Assembly (NCBI RefSeq): GCF_009914755.1
Contig: NC_060929.1
From: the human T2T-CHM13v2.0 reference genome, Homo sapiens
Length of the DNA: 64,000 nt
Direction: 5' to 3' (one strand)
The notes below the pieces were generated by a model, which did no database searches, was not told where the DNA came from, and saw only the letters and a program-made list of their open reading frames with translations. The position numbers and the translations under genes were made by a program. Positions 1-13,064 of this stretch are shown here, one piece after another; the first letter of the stretch is position 1; every line of letters starts with the position of its first letter.

Positions 1-1984
1 AAAACCAATGAACAAACATTCTCTCTAGCATCACTGTTAAAGAAAAAACAAAAGCACTAATAAAAATACAAAATTCCTTAATGAAAAATATATTTCTCTT
101 TGAGGATGTTTAACGGTCATACTAATGGTTAATTTTATATTATATGGTTTTAAAAATTATATTATAATATTTTGGTAAGTTACCTATAAATATAAGATCA
201 TATTATAAATTCTTGAATGATTTATATGATATTTTTTACTTACACATACAGTCAAAAATTAAAATTAAATTTTAAAAAAACCTATGTTAAATTATTCTGA
301 TAATATATTCCAGAGCCAGTTACTGATATTATTGATGATAAAATAAAGCAGCATTTCTGAAATACTCTAATATTCTTGTCTCTTTGGCTATCATAGTTTA
401 CCCAATTTTGGAAGCCAGTTGTGCCAACAGTAGCAAGTGCTCACCAACAAAAGTGACTTAGATTATTTCTTGGCACAAAATTGCTTTTTCTCCTTTGACT
501 TGCTGGCGTTAAGTCTTAGGTATAGGCAATTATATCATTCAGAGCATTTCCAATCTATCCAGCACAATTCCTTCTGAAAACACATTTTGGTTAGATTCTT
601 AAATTTTGTTCTTTGAGGCACAAGAATTTATACCACCTGAACATCACAAGTCCTATTGAGGCTCAAAAGCATAAAACTGTCTCCTGCTTTCTGATAACAC
701 TCTATACATGACTTTAAAAATTAACAGAGTTTATATTTTAGAGTAGTTTTGGATTTACAGAAAATCGATCAGTCTAGAGAGGTTAATGTTGGATATTTAT
801 GCTTTGGTAATGTTTTATGGAAAACCAAGACATTAATAGTTAGAAACATAACACACTAAGAACTATTGAAATTAATTTCTGAAACTTCTGCATTTGCTGT
901 TCATTTCTCTGAATTTATCTGAAATTTCTATGACTGTTATATCAGTTTATCATCATCACCATCCAACTACTATCTTCAGGAAGTGAACTCTGAAAATCTC
1001 ACATCTCAGAAAAGCTGGTAATTTTCAAGAAATTTCAGAAGAAAAAAACATGACACTATTGAAGTTGAACTAATCTATTTAAATAAAAATCATACTTTCT
1101 GATTCTAAAATCTTTTTGATAGGGCCATCACCAAACCTATAACACAGTATAATTTGCATAAATGTAATGTGATGTTTATCACACTGATAAACGCAAGGAA
1201 AATAAAATGATAATTATTACTTAGGATTTTATTTGCAGTGGTTTCAGAAAGCAGTTTACAAATAATTTTTATGTTATTTACATGTGTAAGCTTAAAACTA
1301 GAAAACTAATTATTCAGGGACACTAATATCTTTACTTGTTTTCATATATTTTTGTTGAATTCTTATATTTTCTAGTCAAATATTAAGGCAATTTTTAAAA
1401 GGATTTCTTTTTTAAATTTAATTTTGATAGGCTTTTCAGGCATTTGGTTAGTAGCAAATAAATAAGGCATTTTTTTTAAAGATAAGATTTAGCAACCTCT
1501 GGGGGCCAACACTATGTGTAATTTTGAATCCAAAGATTATGGCACAGATACTGTCTTTAGTGGCAAGGAAGCTTGGGGTAGAGTTCGCTAATATATCAAA
1601 TGGTTCGGAAAGGAAAATTTTATAATCTTCTGGCTTTGCTATAAATTTAACAATTTATCATGGTATTAGGACTAAATCCTAAAGGTGAATTTATTTAATC
1701 TTTATAAATGGAAAAAGCAATGCAATAAGAGAAATGATTTATGCTAGTATATCAAGCAGAGTGTTGTACACTTTGCCCTTAGGGCAAAGGGAAATCTGCA
1801 CTACAAAGTACAAATCTGTACCACAAATCCGTACTTTATGATGGTGGTAGCACCTGTAAAGATAACTGTGGGTGTATGAGTTGATCTCAAATGAAGAAAA
1901 GAAAAAGAGTAAAGGCATATGGATTCATGAGATTCATAAGAGTTGAAACTGTTAAATCAGTGAGATGTAGAAAGAAATATTATG

Positions 1985-2160
1985 AGACTGAACACAGTAT
2001 TATAAAGACTTAGAGTTACAGACCCCAGATTTTGGGAAAGTTATTTAATACCTGTTTCTGAGTTTCAGTTGTTTCTTCCATAAATAATAGATTTGTTATG
2101 ATGACTTCATAAAGTCATATATGTAAATATATAAACGATCTGTATGATTACGTGATAATA
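1985..2160 (+). mobile_element. Degraded MIR SINE fragment
   Basis: MIR-core-like 'ttttgggaaagttatttaatacctgtttctgagtttcagttgtttcttccataaa'; heavily diverged, boundaries approximate. Confidence 0.4.
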
Positions 2161-4078
2161 GTTATGAATAATAATTATTCATATGATCTCTATTACTTTA
2201 TTATTGGGTTTATAGAGGGCACAACTGAAAAGAGTGGTCCAAAATCATTTACTACTTATAGATAGGAACAACTGAAGGATAGAACATTTGTAGTATTTGT
2301 GTTGTAAATATTTATATATGTACATTTCTGGATATTTCACAGTTTTTCATAAATTGTCATTAAATTTAAATATTTTTTCACAGATATTCATGAGTCAACT
2401 TTAACTCATTGCTTCTTTTCCTTTGAATCCAAATGTCCTTTTTTACATTTCCTTTGAGTGGAATCTCATCGAATCATAGGAAATGAGGAATTATTGAGAA
2501 ATGCAAAAAGTTTCCCTTTATCTTTTCTTTAAAGTTTTATAAAAACACTGTTTTAGCCAGATGGAAAATCGATGGGAAAATAAACAAACAAGCAAAGCAA
2601 ATGTGAGTCGGCAATTAATTTAGTATAAGATAATTTGTACTGTTTCTGTGGAAATCAGAAAAACACAATATGCAAAGACATGGAGAGAAAGATGGAATAC
2701 GTTTGTGATGCTAATGTCAACAGAAAGTAATATTTTTAGGAAGCAGAGTTTTTATTTTTGTTGAGCTCTTGTGAATTTCTTTTTAGGTTTAGATTTTAAC
2801 TATGTGTCATTCCCTTTCATTTGTATTCTTAAGCTCTTTAATGAAAAAAATAGTGGAAAAGATCTGAATTCTAAATTTATTCATCTTATTTTATTAAAAA
2901 TTGCCTATATAAGCATGTACATTTTATTACTGATAATAAAGAAGTTTCCTTTAAAATAAAATATCAGTTGGGGAAGTATAGATATGTCATTTTTATCATA
3001 AGAGAAAAGAATATACTGCTAAAAGGGCAGTAATAGAGAATATTGATTATTATTTTTGATATTTGTCATTACTAGAATATTATCTGATGGTGTAATATTG
3101 ATACATACTTTTAAATGCCTGTTCCTGATGAAATCATTATAGAAGTTATCATAATTTACATAAATATTTAACATTAGATGCTTTTGAGAAGATAATATTT
3201 GTATCTCACTGATAGGATTAACCTCCTACCAAAGTTACTCACTAGTCTTGGAATTCTTTTATTCACTTTTTCTATAATATTGAAAAAGGAAGTGAAGTTT
3301 TTGAAAAAAGAATGGATTGTATCTTAATGGCTGAGAATAGAGGGACCAGCTTACTTTTTCTCTTCTTCAACTCTCCACTGAGACTCTCTCTCACCTGTAT
3401 ATCATCATTCAGACTTTACACCTATATTTAATTTTATCAACTTTCCAGTAGAAATGTCAAAAATCAATCAGGTTGGTATCGTTGCATGTCATCTTCGATA
3501 CTATAGTTTGAAATATGTAAATTGGATTTTAGTGTAGAAGACTTCTTTCAAAACTCATCTTAGGATAAAGCATATCTAAAGACTGCATTAGATTAAATCA
3601 GATTAAAAGTTGCAACAAATATGATTTTATAGAGCTTTGGGTGTTTCTGGTCTGGCTCAAATAATACAGCTGACTTGCCTTGGTGCTATTGGATTGATAA
3701 TGTGGACATGTATAAATAATGAATTAACTATATATTCAAACTGATATTTTATTTTTAGATATACTCTTTAGAAAATTACTAAGTAGGCAGAAGGCAAACA
3801 TTTTTGAGCAATTCTTTGGAACTATTCTTTTAAGAGGAATGGTTAAATGATTATAGCAGACACTTTTGATGTCCACCATATATAACCTGGGCTCGCCTCT
3901 GAATAACCACTGTGGACAGTTAATGTACATGATGACAGCTTGTCCCATCAAGCTCAGGAATCTTTCTGCTTCTGAGCCTCAGAGCTTTTTGCCATACTAT
4001 GAAGGTTAGTAATGAAAATGTGCCTAGAAAGAACCTTGGAACAAGATTCTGGAATTGAATGACTCATCATTCAGATGG

Positions 4079-4318
4079 TGTATTAGTCCATTCTCACATG
4101 GCCAGAGCAGGAGAAAGAGAGCAGGGAGGTGCCACACATTTTTAAACAACCAGAACTCAGGAGAACTCTATCGCAATGATAGCACCCAGGGGCATGGTGC
4201 TAAACCATGAGAAACAACCCCCATGATCCAATCACCTCCCACCAGTTGCCACCTCCAATATTTGGGGACTACAATTCAACACCAGATTTGGGTGGGGAAA
4301 CAGATCCAAACCATATCA
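4079..4318 (-). mobile_element. MST (MSTA/MSTB) MaLR solo LTR, internally deleted
   Basis: TGTATTAGTCC...AAACCATATCA termini; perfect 5-bp TSD GATGG at 4074-4078 and 4319-4323. Confidence 0.9.
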
Positions 4319-4459
4319 GATGGCAACAAAAGATTCCCTGGTTGATAGTAAGTAGGGTGAATGACAATAACCCACTGCAGTATGATAGAATCTTTCTTGC
4401 CAAGAGACTCACATATGATAGATTGGGATGTGATTTGGGTGGAAGAGGAAGCAACTATA

Positions 4460-4838
4460 GGTCTTAGTCTGTTTGGGCTGCTATAACAAAATAACACAAG
4501 CTGTTTTTTTTTTTTTAATTTTTTAATAAACAGTAGATTTTTTTCCCCTCACAGTTCTGGAGACTGGGAAGTTAAAGATCAAGACACCATCAGATTCTGG
4601 TGAGGACCTATTTTGTGATTCATACATAGCACTTTCTTGCTGTGTCTTCACAAGTTGGAAGGGACAAACAAGTTCTCTGAGGCTTCTTTTATAAGGCCAC
4701 TAATCCCATTCACAAGGGCTCTGTCTTCATAACCTAATTACTTCCCAGGGCTCTACCCCCTAATACCATCACCTTGGGCTTAGGATGTTAACATTAGTTT
4801 GGCGGCATGATGGGGACACAACTATTCAGACCATAGCA
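4460..4838 (-). mobile_element. MLT1A/MSTD-type MaLR LTR
   Basis: 'gtcttagtctgtttgggctgctataacaaaa'...'cacagttctggagactgggaag'...'ttcagaccatagca'. Confidence 0.85.
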
Positions 4839-6877
4839 TTTTGCAATAGCTCTATCAAATGTAGGGGTAATGGGGATTACAAAGACTATGCTTTTGGTTG
4901 GCTATTGCCAACTGCCCTACAACTTTGACAAAGAGATAATAATAGCCTCAGCAAAGCCAAATCTCTACTCAGGGTTTGCTATGAAAGCCAGAAGACATCC
5001 ATCATAGCAGTTAAGTAATTTCCTATTTTCTGAAGCAGGACAAAAGATCATGTTAAAAATCAGGTTCAACATTTTATTATAAAGATGGTGGAACAACAAG
5101 GAAGATGGAGTTCACAACATCAAATGCCTGCTGTGATAAAGTGTGGATGCTAACAGGGAAACAATTGTTCAGAAAAGAGACATTTAATATAAATAAACTT
5201 TCTAGAGTAGCAGAAACCGCCTGTGGAAATACTCATATCCACCTAATTGATGCTCTGGAAAGTTATTTTATTTCCCTAGAAAAAAATGAAAGTAATTGTC
5301 CATTACAAGTAAAGTGTGAAAGCCAGAAGACCTTTTTGATAGCATTCAAGGGTGCTAATATCCACTGCAGCAAGACAGCTGAGCAAGCTGAGTATCAAAT
5401 CCACATCTTAACTCTCAGAATAGTCAATCTCCAAAGAAGCATAAACTCTCAATAGAAGAAGAGTATGCTTTCTAATGTCATGAGGCTGTTCGGAAAGGAA
5501 TGGGACCCAGGCACATAGAATGGTAACACTTGGTAAATATCACCTCAAAACCTGCATTCTCAGATACCTCTGAGCTCTCTGAGCCTGCAGAAATGGTACA
5601 CCTTTTTCCATTAAGAGCTACCATTCTCCCACTGCCTTAAGGTGGTGCAGATGCTTCTCTCCTGCAAGTCATGTTTTAATTTCAGGATGGTCTCCACCTT
5701 ATTTTCTTGCCACTAATCCATAAACTATGGTTAAATTGTAGCCTAACCCACCAAGAAATGTGCTGGCTCTGATAAGGGAGAAAAGTAACTATACTAATAG
5801 AAACTGCAAAATATAACCATCACGAAGTGTCAAGATGGTATGACAGTGTAAGTAAGATTGCCTTCTGAGTTTATTTAGGATAATTCTCCTGAGGCATAGG
5901 AATAAGTACCTTGTCATGAGCCTTAGGAGATGGTGAGAACTACAATGGCTTCTAGGAATATGGAAAATCTGACAGCTCATACTAAGTAGTACATAAATGG
6001 CAGAATACTGGTGGCTGGTTATTGGTGGGGGAAATAACTAAATGGCTCAGAGAAATAAGCAAGCTGGTATAAATATACTATTCAAGCCTGAAAAACTGAT
6101 GAAGGTATTTATGGAAAGGCCAGGAGAATAGACAATGGACTCACTAACACTAATAGGGCTGACCTAACCCTGAAATAACAGAAGCCAGGTGACAGGGCTT
6201 GACCTCCAGATGTCAGAGTAGTCGAGTAGAAGTGGTAGCTAGAGGAATTTGGTCGCAGAGCAATAAGGAGATGGTTAATAGAATATGTCATCCCTAGAGG
6301 CAAAAATAAATGAGCAACCAACAAAGGCCACTCATTTACATGTTCAGTATGTACCACTGACAGAAGTGTGGACATCCTGGAGGCTGAGGGCTAGCTTTCC
6401 ACCAAAATGTCACAATCCCTGAGCCAGTTTTCTGAGCTAGAGCTCACTGATGTAGCCATGGCAGCACTTATGCATAGGCCCAACATTAGAAGTTTCCGTT
6501 TACCCAGGCTCATTTAGTTACTGCTGTCAACATATGTTCAACCTATTAGCAATAGACAACAATACTGAGATCCATACATGGCTGTATTCCTCAGGAATTC
6601 CAGTTGTCTACTTGATGACAAGCTGACCCACTGGGACCCTTCCATTCTGGAAAGTTCATAGATCTGTTCAATAGGCAAATACACATTATGGGCCTGGGTT
6701 TGCTTTTCTACCTCACAGGTCTTTAGCCAGCATTATTATCAGAACACTATGTTTGGTCCACCAGCATGGACAATTATATATCACAACAGCCCAGAAGACC
6801 CAAAGTCCCTCAAAGGAAGTGTAACAGGGCACTCATGATTGTGTCATACATTTTTCCTATCACATACTGAACCATTC

Positions 6878-7070
6878 AGCTACAAGAGTGTTGAAATAAC
6901 TAATCAAAGATACAGAAAAAACATATCTTTGAAAGGTGTTTCAACACTCTAGTAGATAAAATGTATCTTTGATAGGCTATTTCAAGCTACTAGAGTGTTG
7001 AAATAACCTCTACTAGAGTTTCCTAGCTACTAGAGTGTTGAAATAACCTATCAAAGATACAGATAAAATG
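6878..7070. repeat. Complex local direct plus inverted reiteration of a ~39-bp unit
   Basis: Unit AGCTACTAGAGTGTTGAAATAACCTATCAAAGATACAGA: + copies at 6878-6916, 6985-7009, 7010-7019 and 7025-7063; inverted copies at 6924-6955 and 6962-6985. Confidence 0.95.
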
Positions 7071-8008
7071 TCAAGTTACTGGCAATATAAGTTTGGGGAG
7101 TCATTTTCCAGGATTCACTATGTACACAGTAGAAAATACTTTAATACTATACTTTGTTCCTAACAGGAAAAATACAGGGGGTAGAAGTGGCATTCTACCA
7201 CAAATGTGATCCACTATAACATTACTTGGACCCAAAGATCAATTTTATAAGAAAAGAGGTGTACATATGTGACAATTGGTATGTGTACAAACAATCCTCT
7301 GGTCCTACTATATCATCTGGAAGCTGCTGTCTGATTGAACATTGGGATTGTCTCTTAAAACTTAGCCAATAAACTAACATATGGATTATAGTTGTGGGCA
7401 GATGCCCAAATGTATTTTTGATATGAGATACAGTGTGTTGAATCAATGGCCATCAAATAGTGCTGTGCACTCAATAGCACAAAAATATATGTCTGCTTAT
7501 TTTAGTAGAGTAGCACAGAAAGAAAAAAGTTACTGCATTGTTGGATTTTATCAATACTGATAATCATGAAGACTTGAGGATCCAGGGTTGTTAATAGGTG
7601 TTATAGAAAGGGCAGAATATGTCTGGAAGCTGGAAAGCACTGTGGGTCATCTTGGTATTTCCATAATCAGTGAAAACAGTAAATATGCAACTGCAGCAAT
7701 CCAACATAACTAGGGGCTTATATTTCTCAGAGATTAAATCTGGGTCATTCCCCTGGATAAACAACTTAGATCAGTAGAAGTATGCATAAAAAGTTTTTAA
7801 AAATCAGTATAAGTGATAGAAGATATTCAATCAATATCAATTAATGCCTTGGAACATCTTGGGGCAGTAAGATTTTAGCTTGTTTCATTAACTCTCTAGT
7901 TTTTTTTTTTTTTTTTTTGATTTTAGGCTGAACAGTAGCTTGAAATACTAATAGCCAAGTATACCCAATGTGGGACATGAAAATATTTGGGTAATTTGAG
8001 GTGTGAAC

Positions 8009-8458
8009 TGTGGCAAACACTAATGATTTCTCATTTTATATCTATTCAGTTTACTTCTGAATTCCTTTGAAACTACAGTTGACAATTACTCTACATGCTG
8101 ATTTCAAATCAAGCAGCAAGTGTCTGTACCTAATCTGCTTTTGCCACTGTTGCAGGAGCCTGCTTAGCCTGTGACAACAGCAGCCCAGAAGTACCTGAGA
8201 TTTAGACTAAGGAAATCCTTAACAACCTCAGCCAATCAAGATCAGCATTCTTTGTCCCTCCATGGTCAATTCTGAGGCAATTCTGTGTCTAGTTGTTCTC
8301 AATAGTAACCTACTATTAATCAAACTTCCTGACTTTCCAGGCTTCCCTATCTTTCTCCACTTCCTTATCTGTGCTGCTTTCTTACCACCTCTCAAATAAA
8401 TTACTTGTGCCCAAGACCATGTCTTTGTGTCTGATTTGTGGTAATTTGAAATAAGAAT
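8009..8458 (+). mobile_element. LTR16-family ERVL LTR (3' LTR of the upstream internal region)
   Basis: Starts 'tgtggcaaacact'; has 'cctcagccaat', 'ggtcaattctgaggca'; AATAAA followed by 'ttacttgtgcccaagaccatgtctttgtgtctg' near the end. Confidence 0.75.
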
Positions 8459-11202
8459 ATGATAATTTTCATATATTACCATTTATTATTAGGTTTTACA
8501 AGGCAAAGTATGTTTCTGAAGCAAAATTTTGCTTGCGAAGCTAAAATTAAATTGCCAACGATATTAATATTTCTCCCAAAAAACGAAGGCTAATGAGGTT
8601 AAACACACTCAGAGAGTATCACATGTTGCATTGACAATTGTTTTTAGTTAATTTCTTAATAAGCCATTTAATGTACCCAAGACTTTTTCATGTATATTAC
8701 ACATTTTGGTTTCAAGAAAACTTTTACTTTTGTTCAAAGAAGTGCTTTTTCATTGAGAACTTCAATGCAATTCAGCCAAGATGGAAGGTAAAAATTGGTT
8801 GTTACATGTCTTTAAATAAATGAACGTAATGACTGCTTTAAATATTATCTTATATCACTCCGATTTTCCTAGACGAAGGTATTGGTCCCTCTATATAGAT
8901 CTGGCCTCACCCTGCACACTTGTATCAACCCTCTTCATAGTCAGAGGAGTGGAAAGAATTGTGGGTAACTGTCTTCTCCTAAGGCAGTTGGGCACTATTT
9001 TGACTTTATACAAGTTTCCATTAAAGTTGCTAGTTTGTCTTTCTGCCAAGCACCCTTCCCAGTTTCTTTTGTTAACAAACTTTCCACCTACCTCCTAACA
9101 ATACACTTGCGTGCCATTGTGAAACATGGCCAAAGCTAGGTCAATCAGGCAATCTTGTACAAAACTCTAGCCTTGTTTATAATCCAGCTGAGACCCATGA
9201 GAACTGTTTCACCATCTTCTTTGTTAGCCTGAAGGGCCGTATCTAAGATCTTGCTATAAACTGTGCCCACTGGTCTTTGCTTCGGGCCTTTCATTAAAGT
9301 TCCACACAACAGCAGTCTCATTCCATGTTTTGTTAGAGAAGAAGGATCATGGAGTAGAATCCTAATGGTTTTGCACCACTAGTTGTAAACTCTACTTTTA
9401 ATCATGCCTTTCTGCATTACATGGTTTAATTACACCCCTTTTTCTGTTAATTAAAATAGAAATTATACTTCATGAAACAAATTAAAATTATAAGTTTTTT
9501 ACTCCCCGCTTAATTTGTATTTATTAAGCATACAGATGCTTCACTACAGGTAATGTGGTTCCATCATGTGACCTATAATATCCCTATACGAGCCTTTAAA
9601 CAAAAATAGATTGGTAGTTAATATTGTTTTTATAGTTTCTAACACATTAAGGAGAGATAAATTCTAAAATTTTATGACTATGAAATAAATGTAGAGTTTT
9701 TAAAAATGCATACATTTTAGGGAAGAAAATGGATTTAGCAGTTAGTTGAAATCTACTAGATATAAAAATAATAAGCCCTCTTCTTAGACAGTATTTTTTC
9801 TTTAATGTAATGTCCCCATAATGAAAAATATAATAGGATCTCTTTCTTTATCTCTCACACTGAATTCATGAATATATTTAAAAGTTTCATTATATATTTT
9901 TAAAAAGATAATACAAATGCATAATTTTTTATTCATTAAAAATGAATACAATTATAATAAATATTCTGAAAATTTAACTATTTTCTGGAAAATAAGAAAT
10001 GTCAAACTCGGTTTTACAGAAATTCCCATAAATATAGTTGATATCATCCAGCCCACTCCTTTGTGGCTCTTGGATTTGACAAAAGACTCCCTTGGTTTTT
10101 GGGGGACAGTCTTCCCTACCACAGTCTGAGACTATTAAGCTGCAGCCTGCTGGTGTTAAAGGGTTACTCTGGGTTAAAGTACATATGGCCACAGTAATGA
10201 CATCATTTGGTCCACTTGAAAAACAGTTTGAAGGCTATAAAGTCAAATTGACCAGAAAGTAAAATGTCTCAGGTAGAATGCTCAATATACTATCCTTGAA
10301 AAGAAAACATTCTGAATTTGGTTTTTGAATATCAGGTGTCATTATTTTGTTTTGTTTTGTTTTGTTTTAAAATGGTTCAATTGTATAGCAGCTTTCACAA
10401 GGGAGAAAATGAAGGCAACATTTAAACTAAAAGTTTGAATATTATTTTGTATCCCGTTGAGTGAATCTCAGAAACTGCATTTATTTGCCTACCTACTGTT
10501 TTTAACTTTGTCATCATTACAAAATTATATATGAGAGAGTGACCAAAGAATGGTGTAATAATTCTTTTATGTGTACATGTAGAGCTATGTTGGAAAGTGC
10601 ACTTTTTCCATTACGATATATGGAGAATGATTACATTTTGAAAAACACTGTGGTAGACAGCAGAGGCCAATCACTGTTGGTTGAATACAACCCTCTTAGG
10701 GGTCTGGCTGCTGCAAGCCTCCCTGAATACACAGGCCAGGTAGAATTGATATCTTAGCATATTAGCGCAGTAGTAGTGTGCTCTGACACATTGGGTGTGA
10801 GACTGTGCTCTATTTGTTCCTTCAGACTTGCTAATTAACCAGTATTGCCATTTTTTACTCATTCAGTTTATGATCCTGGATGATTTATGTTTGGGTAGCT
10901 GTCTTAAATATTTCATTTTCACTTTCAATGGAAATGTTGTTTCTTTAAACCAGATTTAACAGGATCTATTATTTCTCTACAATGAGAAATGTTAAAATAA
11001 GCAAGTATCTTCTTCCACTCTTCTGCTCGCCTGTTCTTTACCTTCTAATCTACATAGTAATATATTTCATAATATTTTCCTTGGTATCGTTCAGTATGTT
11101 AATACATCTTTATTTTATTTTTGGTAATAAATGATGTACTTTGACTCTTGAATACTATAGTTGCTTATCTTACATTAACAAGAGTTAATCAACAAACTTA
11201 CC

Positions 11203-11498
11203 TTTTTTTTTTTTTTTGACAGGGTCTCTCTCTATCACCCAGGTTGGAGTGCAGTAGCACAATCATGGTTCACAGCAGCCTCGACCTCCTGGGCTCAAGT
11301 GATCCTCCCACCTCAGCCTCTTAAGTAGGTGGGACTACAGACATGGGCCAGCACACCAAGCTAACTTTTTAAATTTTTTGTAGAGATAGGTCTTACTATG
11401 TTTGCCCAAGCTAGTCTTGAACTCCTGGTCTGAAGTGATCTTCCTGCCTCGGCCTCCCAGAGTGCTGAAATTGTAGGTGTGAGCCACTGGGCCTAGCC
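11203..11498 (-). mobile_element. AluJ
   Basis: Poly-T then reverse-complement dimeric Alu with J-type positions ('gcagcctcgacctcctgggctcaagtgatcctccc'). Confidence 0.95.
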
Positions 11499-11879
11499 AA
11501 CAAACACTTCAAATCAAATAATTTTTTATTATTTTCTTCTAAAATAGTTACTTCTAACCATGTATGTTGTTGATGCACATAGTATTTGTATTCCGCTCTG
11601 TAATTCTAGTGTCTGCATTTGTTTTAGACTTAGTTCTATTTGTAAATAAACTTTAGCCAATATTTTTGCAGTGGTTTTCCAGGCAACTCTTGATTGACAG
11701 AGGCTTATTCTTTACTAGCTTTTGTGATAAGGACCCATGAAAATGATTGCTTTAATCAAAACTCTTTCTAATTGAAGGACAGACAGCTGAAAATAAACTA
11801 TTTGACTTTTTTTCCTTGAGTATTTTGTTGGTTTTGAATGTTACTGTACAGAAATCTGAGGCAGTATACTGTTTCCACA

Positions 11880-12177
11880 TTTTTTTTTTTTTTTTTGAGA
11901 CGAAGTCTTGCTTTTTCCCCAGGCTGGAGTGCAATGGTGTGATCTAGGCTCACTGCAACCTCTGCCTCCTGGGTTCAAGTGATTCTCCTGCCTCAGCCTC
12001 CCAAGGAGCTGGGATTACAGGCGCCTGCCACCACACCCGACTAATTTTTATATTTTTAGTAGTGATGGGGTTTCACCATTTTGGCTGGGCTGGTCTCGAA
12101 CTCCTGACCTCAGGTGATCCACCCACCTCAGCCTCCCAAAGTGATGGGATTACAGGCGTGAGCTACTGCACCCGGCC
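11880..12177 (-). mobile_element. AluS (Sq/Sx-like)
   Basis: Full-length Alu; TSD TACTGTTTCCAC at 11867-11878 and 12178-12189. Confidence 0.95.
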
Positions 12178-12678
12178 TACTGTTTCCACTTTTAAGACAA
12201 TCGAGTTTTTGCCAGGTTACCCAAAAACTTCTTTATTGCTAGATTTCATAACTTTTTAAAAGAATAGGTTTGGTGTGAAACATTCTGAATCAATTTTATC
12301 TCACACATAGTATACCTTTCATATATATGATTAAGTCTTCTTTTTTTTATCTTTTTTATTTCTTGAAAGTTACTTTTTCCTAGAAAGGTATATAGCTAGA
12401 CAAGACATTGTTTTGATTTTCTTTTAAGGAAGGGGCTGTAAATTTGTATATGCTGGATCTCCTATACCCCCTTCCTCTAACATTCTCTGTAATGCTTTTA
12501 CTATTTAGTTCTGTTTTATTTTTACTGCTATTCTAATTCTATTTTGCACAATGTTTATTTCCTCAGTGTGTCTTTCAATATTGTCTACAGTTATGTGAGA
12601 TATGTTTTTCTTCATTCCTAACTTCTGACAGTCTCAGATCACCTCTCTGCTTAAGGTCCACCTTGCCTTGACTTATAA

Positions 12679-13064
<386 letters not shown>

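Larger units (their letters stand above)
4004..8008 (+). mobile_element. Ancient ERVL internal region (HERV16/ERV3-16A3-like), gag and integrase relics, interrupted by two MaLR LTRs
   Basis: ORF 5105-5455 'CESQKTFLIAFKGANIHCSKTAEQAEYQIHILTLRIVNLQRSINSQ' resembles ERVL gag. 6460-6720 follows the ERVL integrase motif order (AWAQQHGLP..CPICQQQ..WWQVD..GPLPSWKG..DTYSGYGFA) with many stops. A polypurine-tract-like 'gaggtgtgaac' precedes the 3' LTR. Confidence 0.75.

Noticed and set aside
1771-1789. 9-bp inverted repeat CTTTGCCCT-T-AGGGCAAAG
   Set aside because: Short enough to occur by chance in 64 kb
6878-7070. CRISPR-like array of ~37-bp repeats
   Set aside because: Primate DNA; copies are partial, in both orientations, without unique spacers or cas genes
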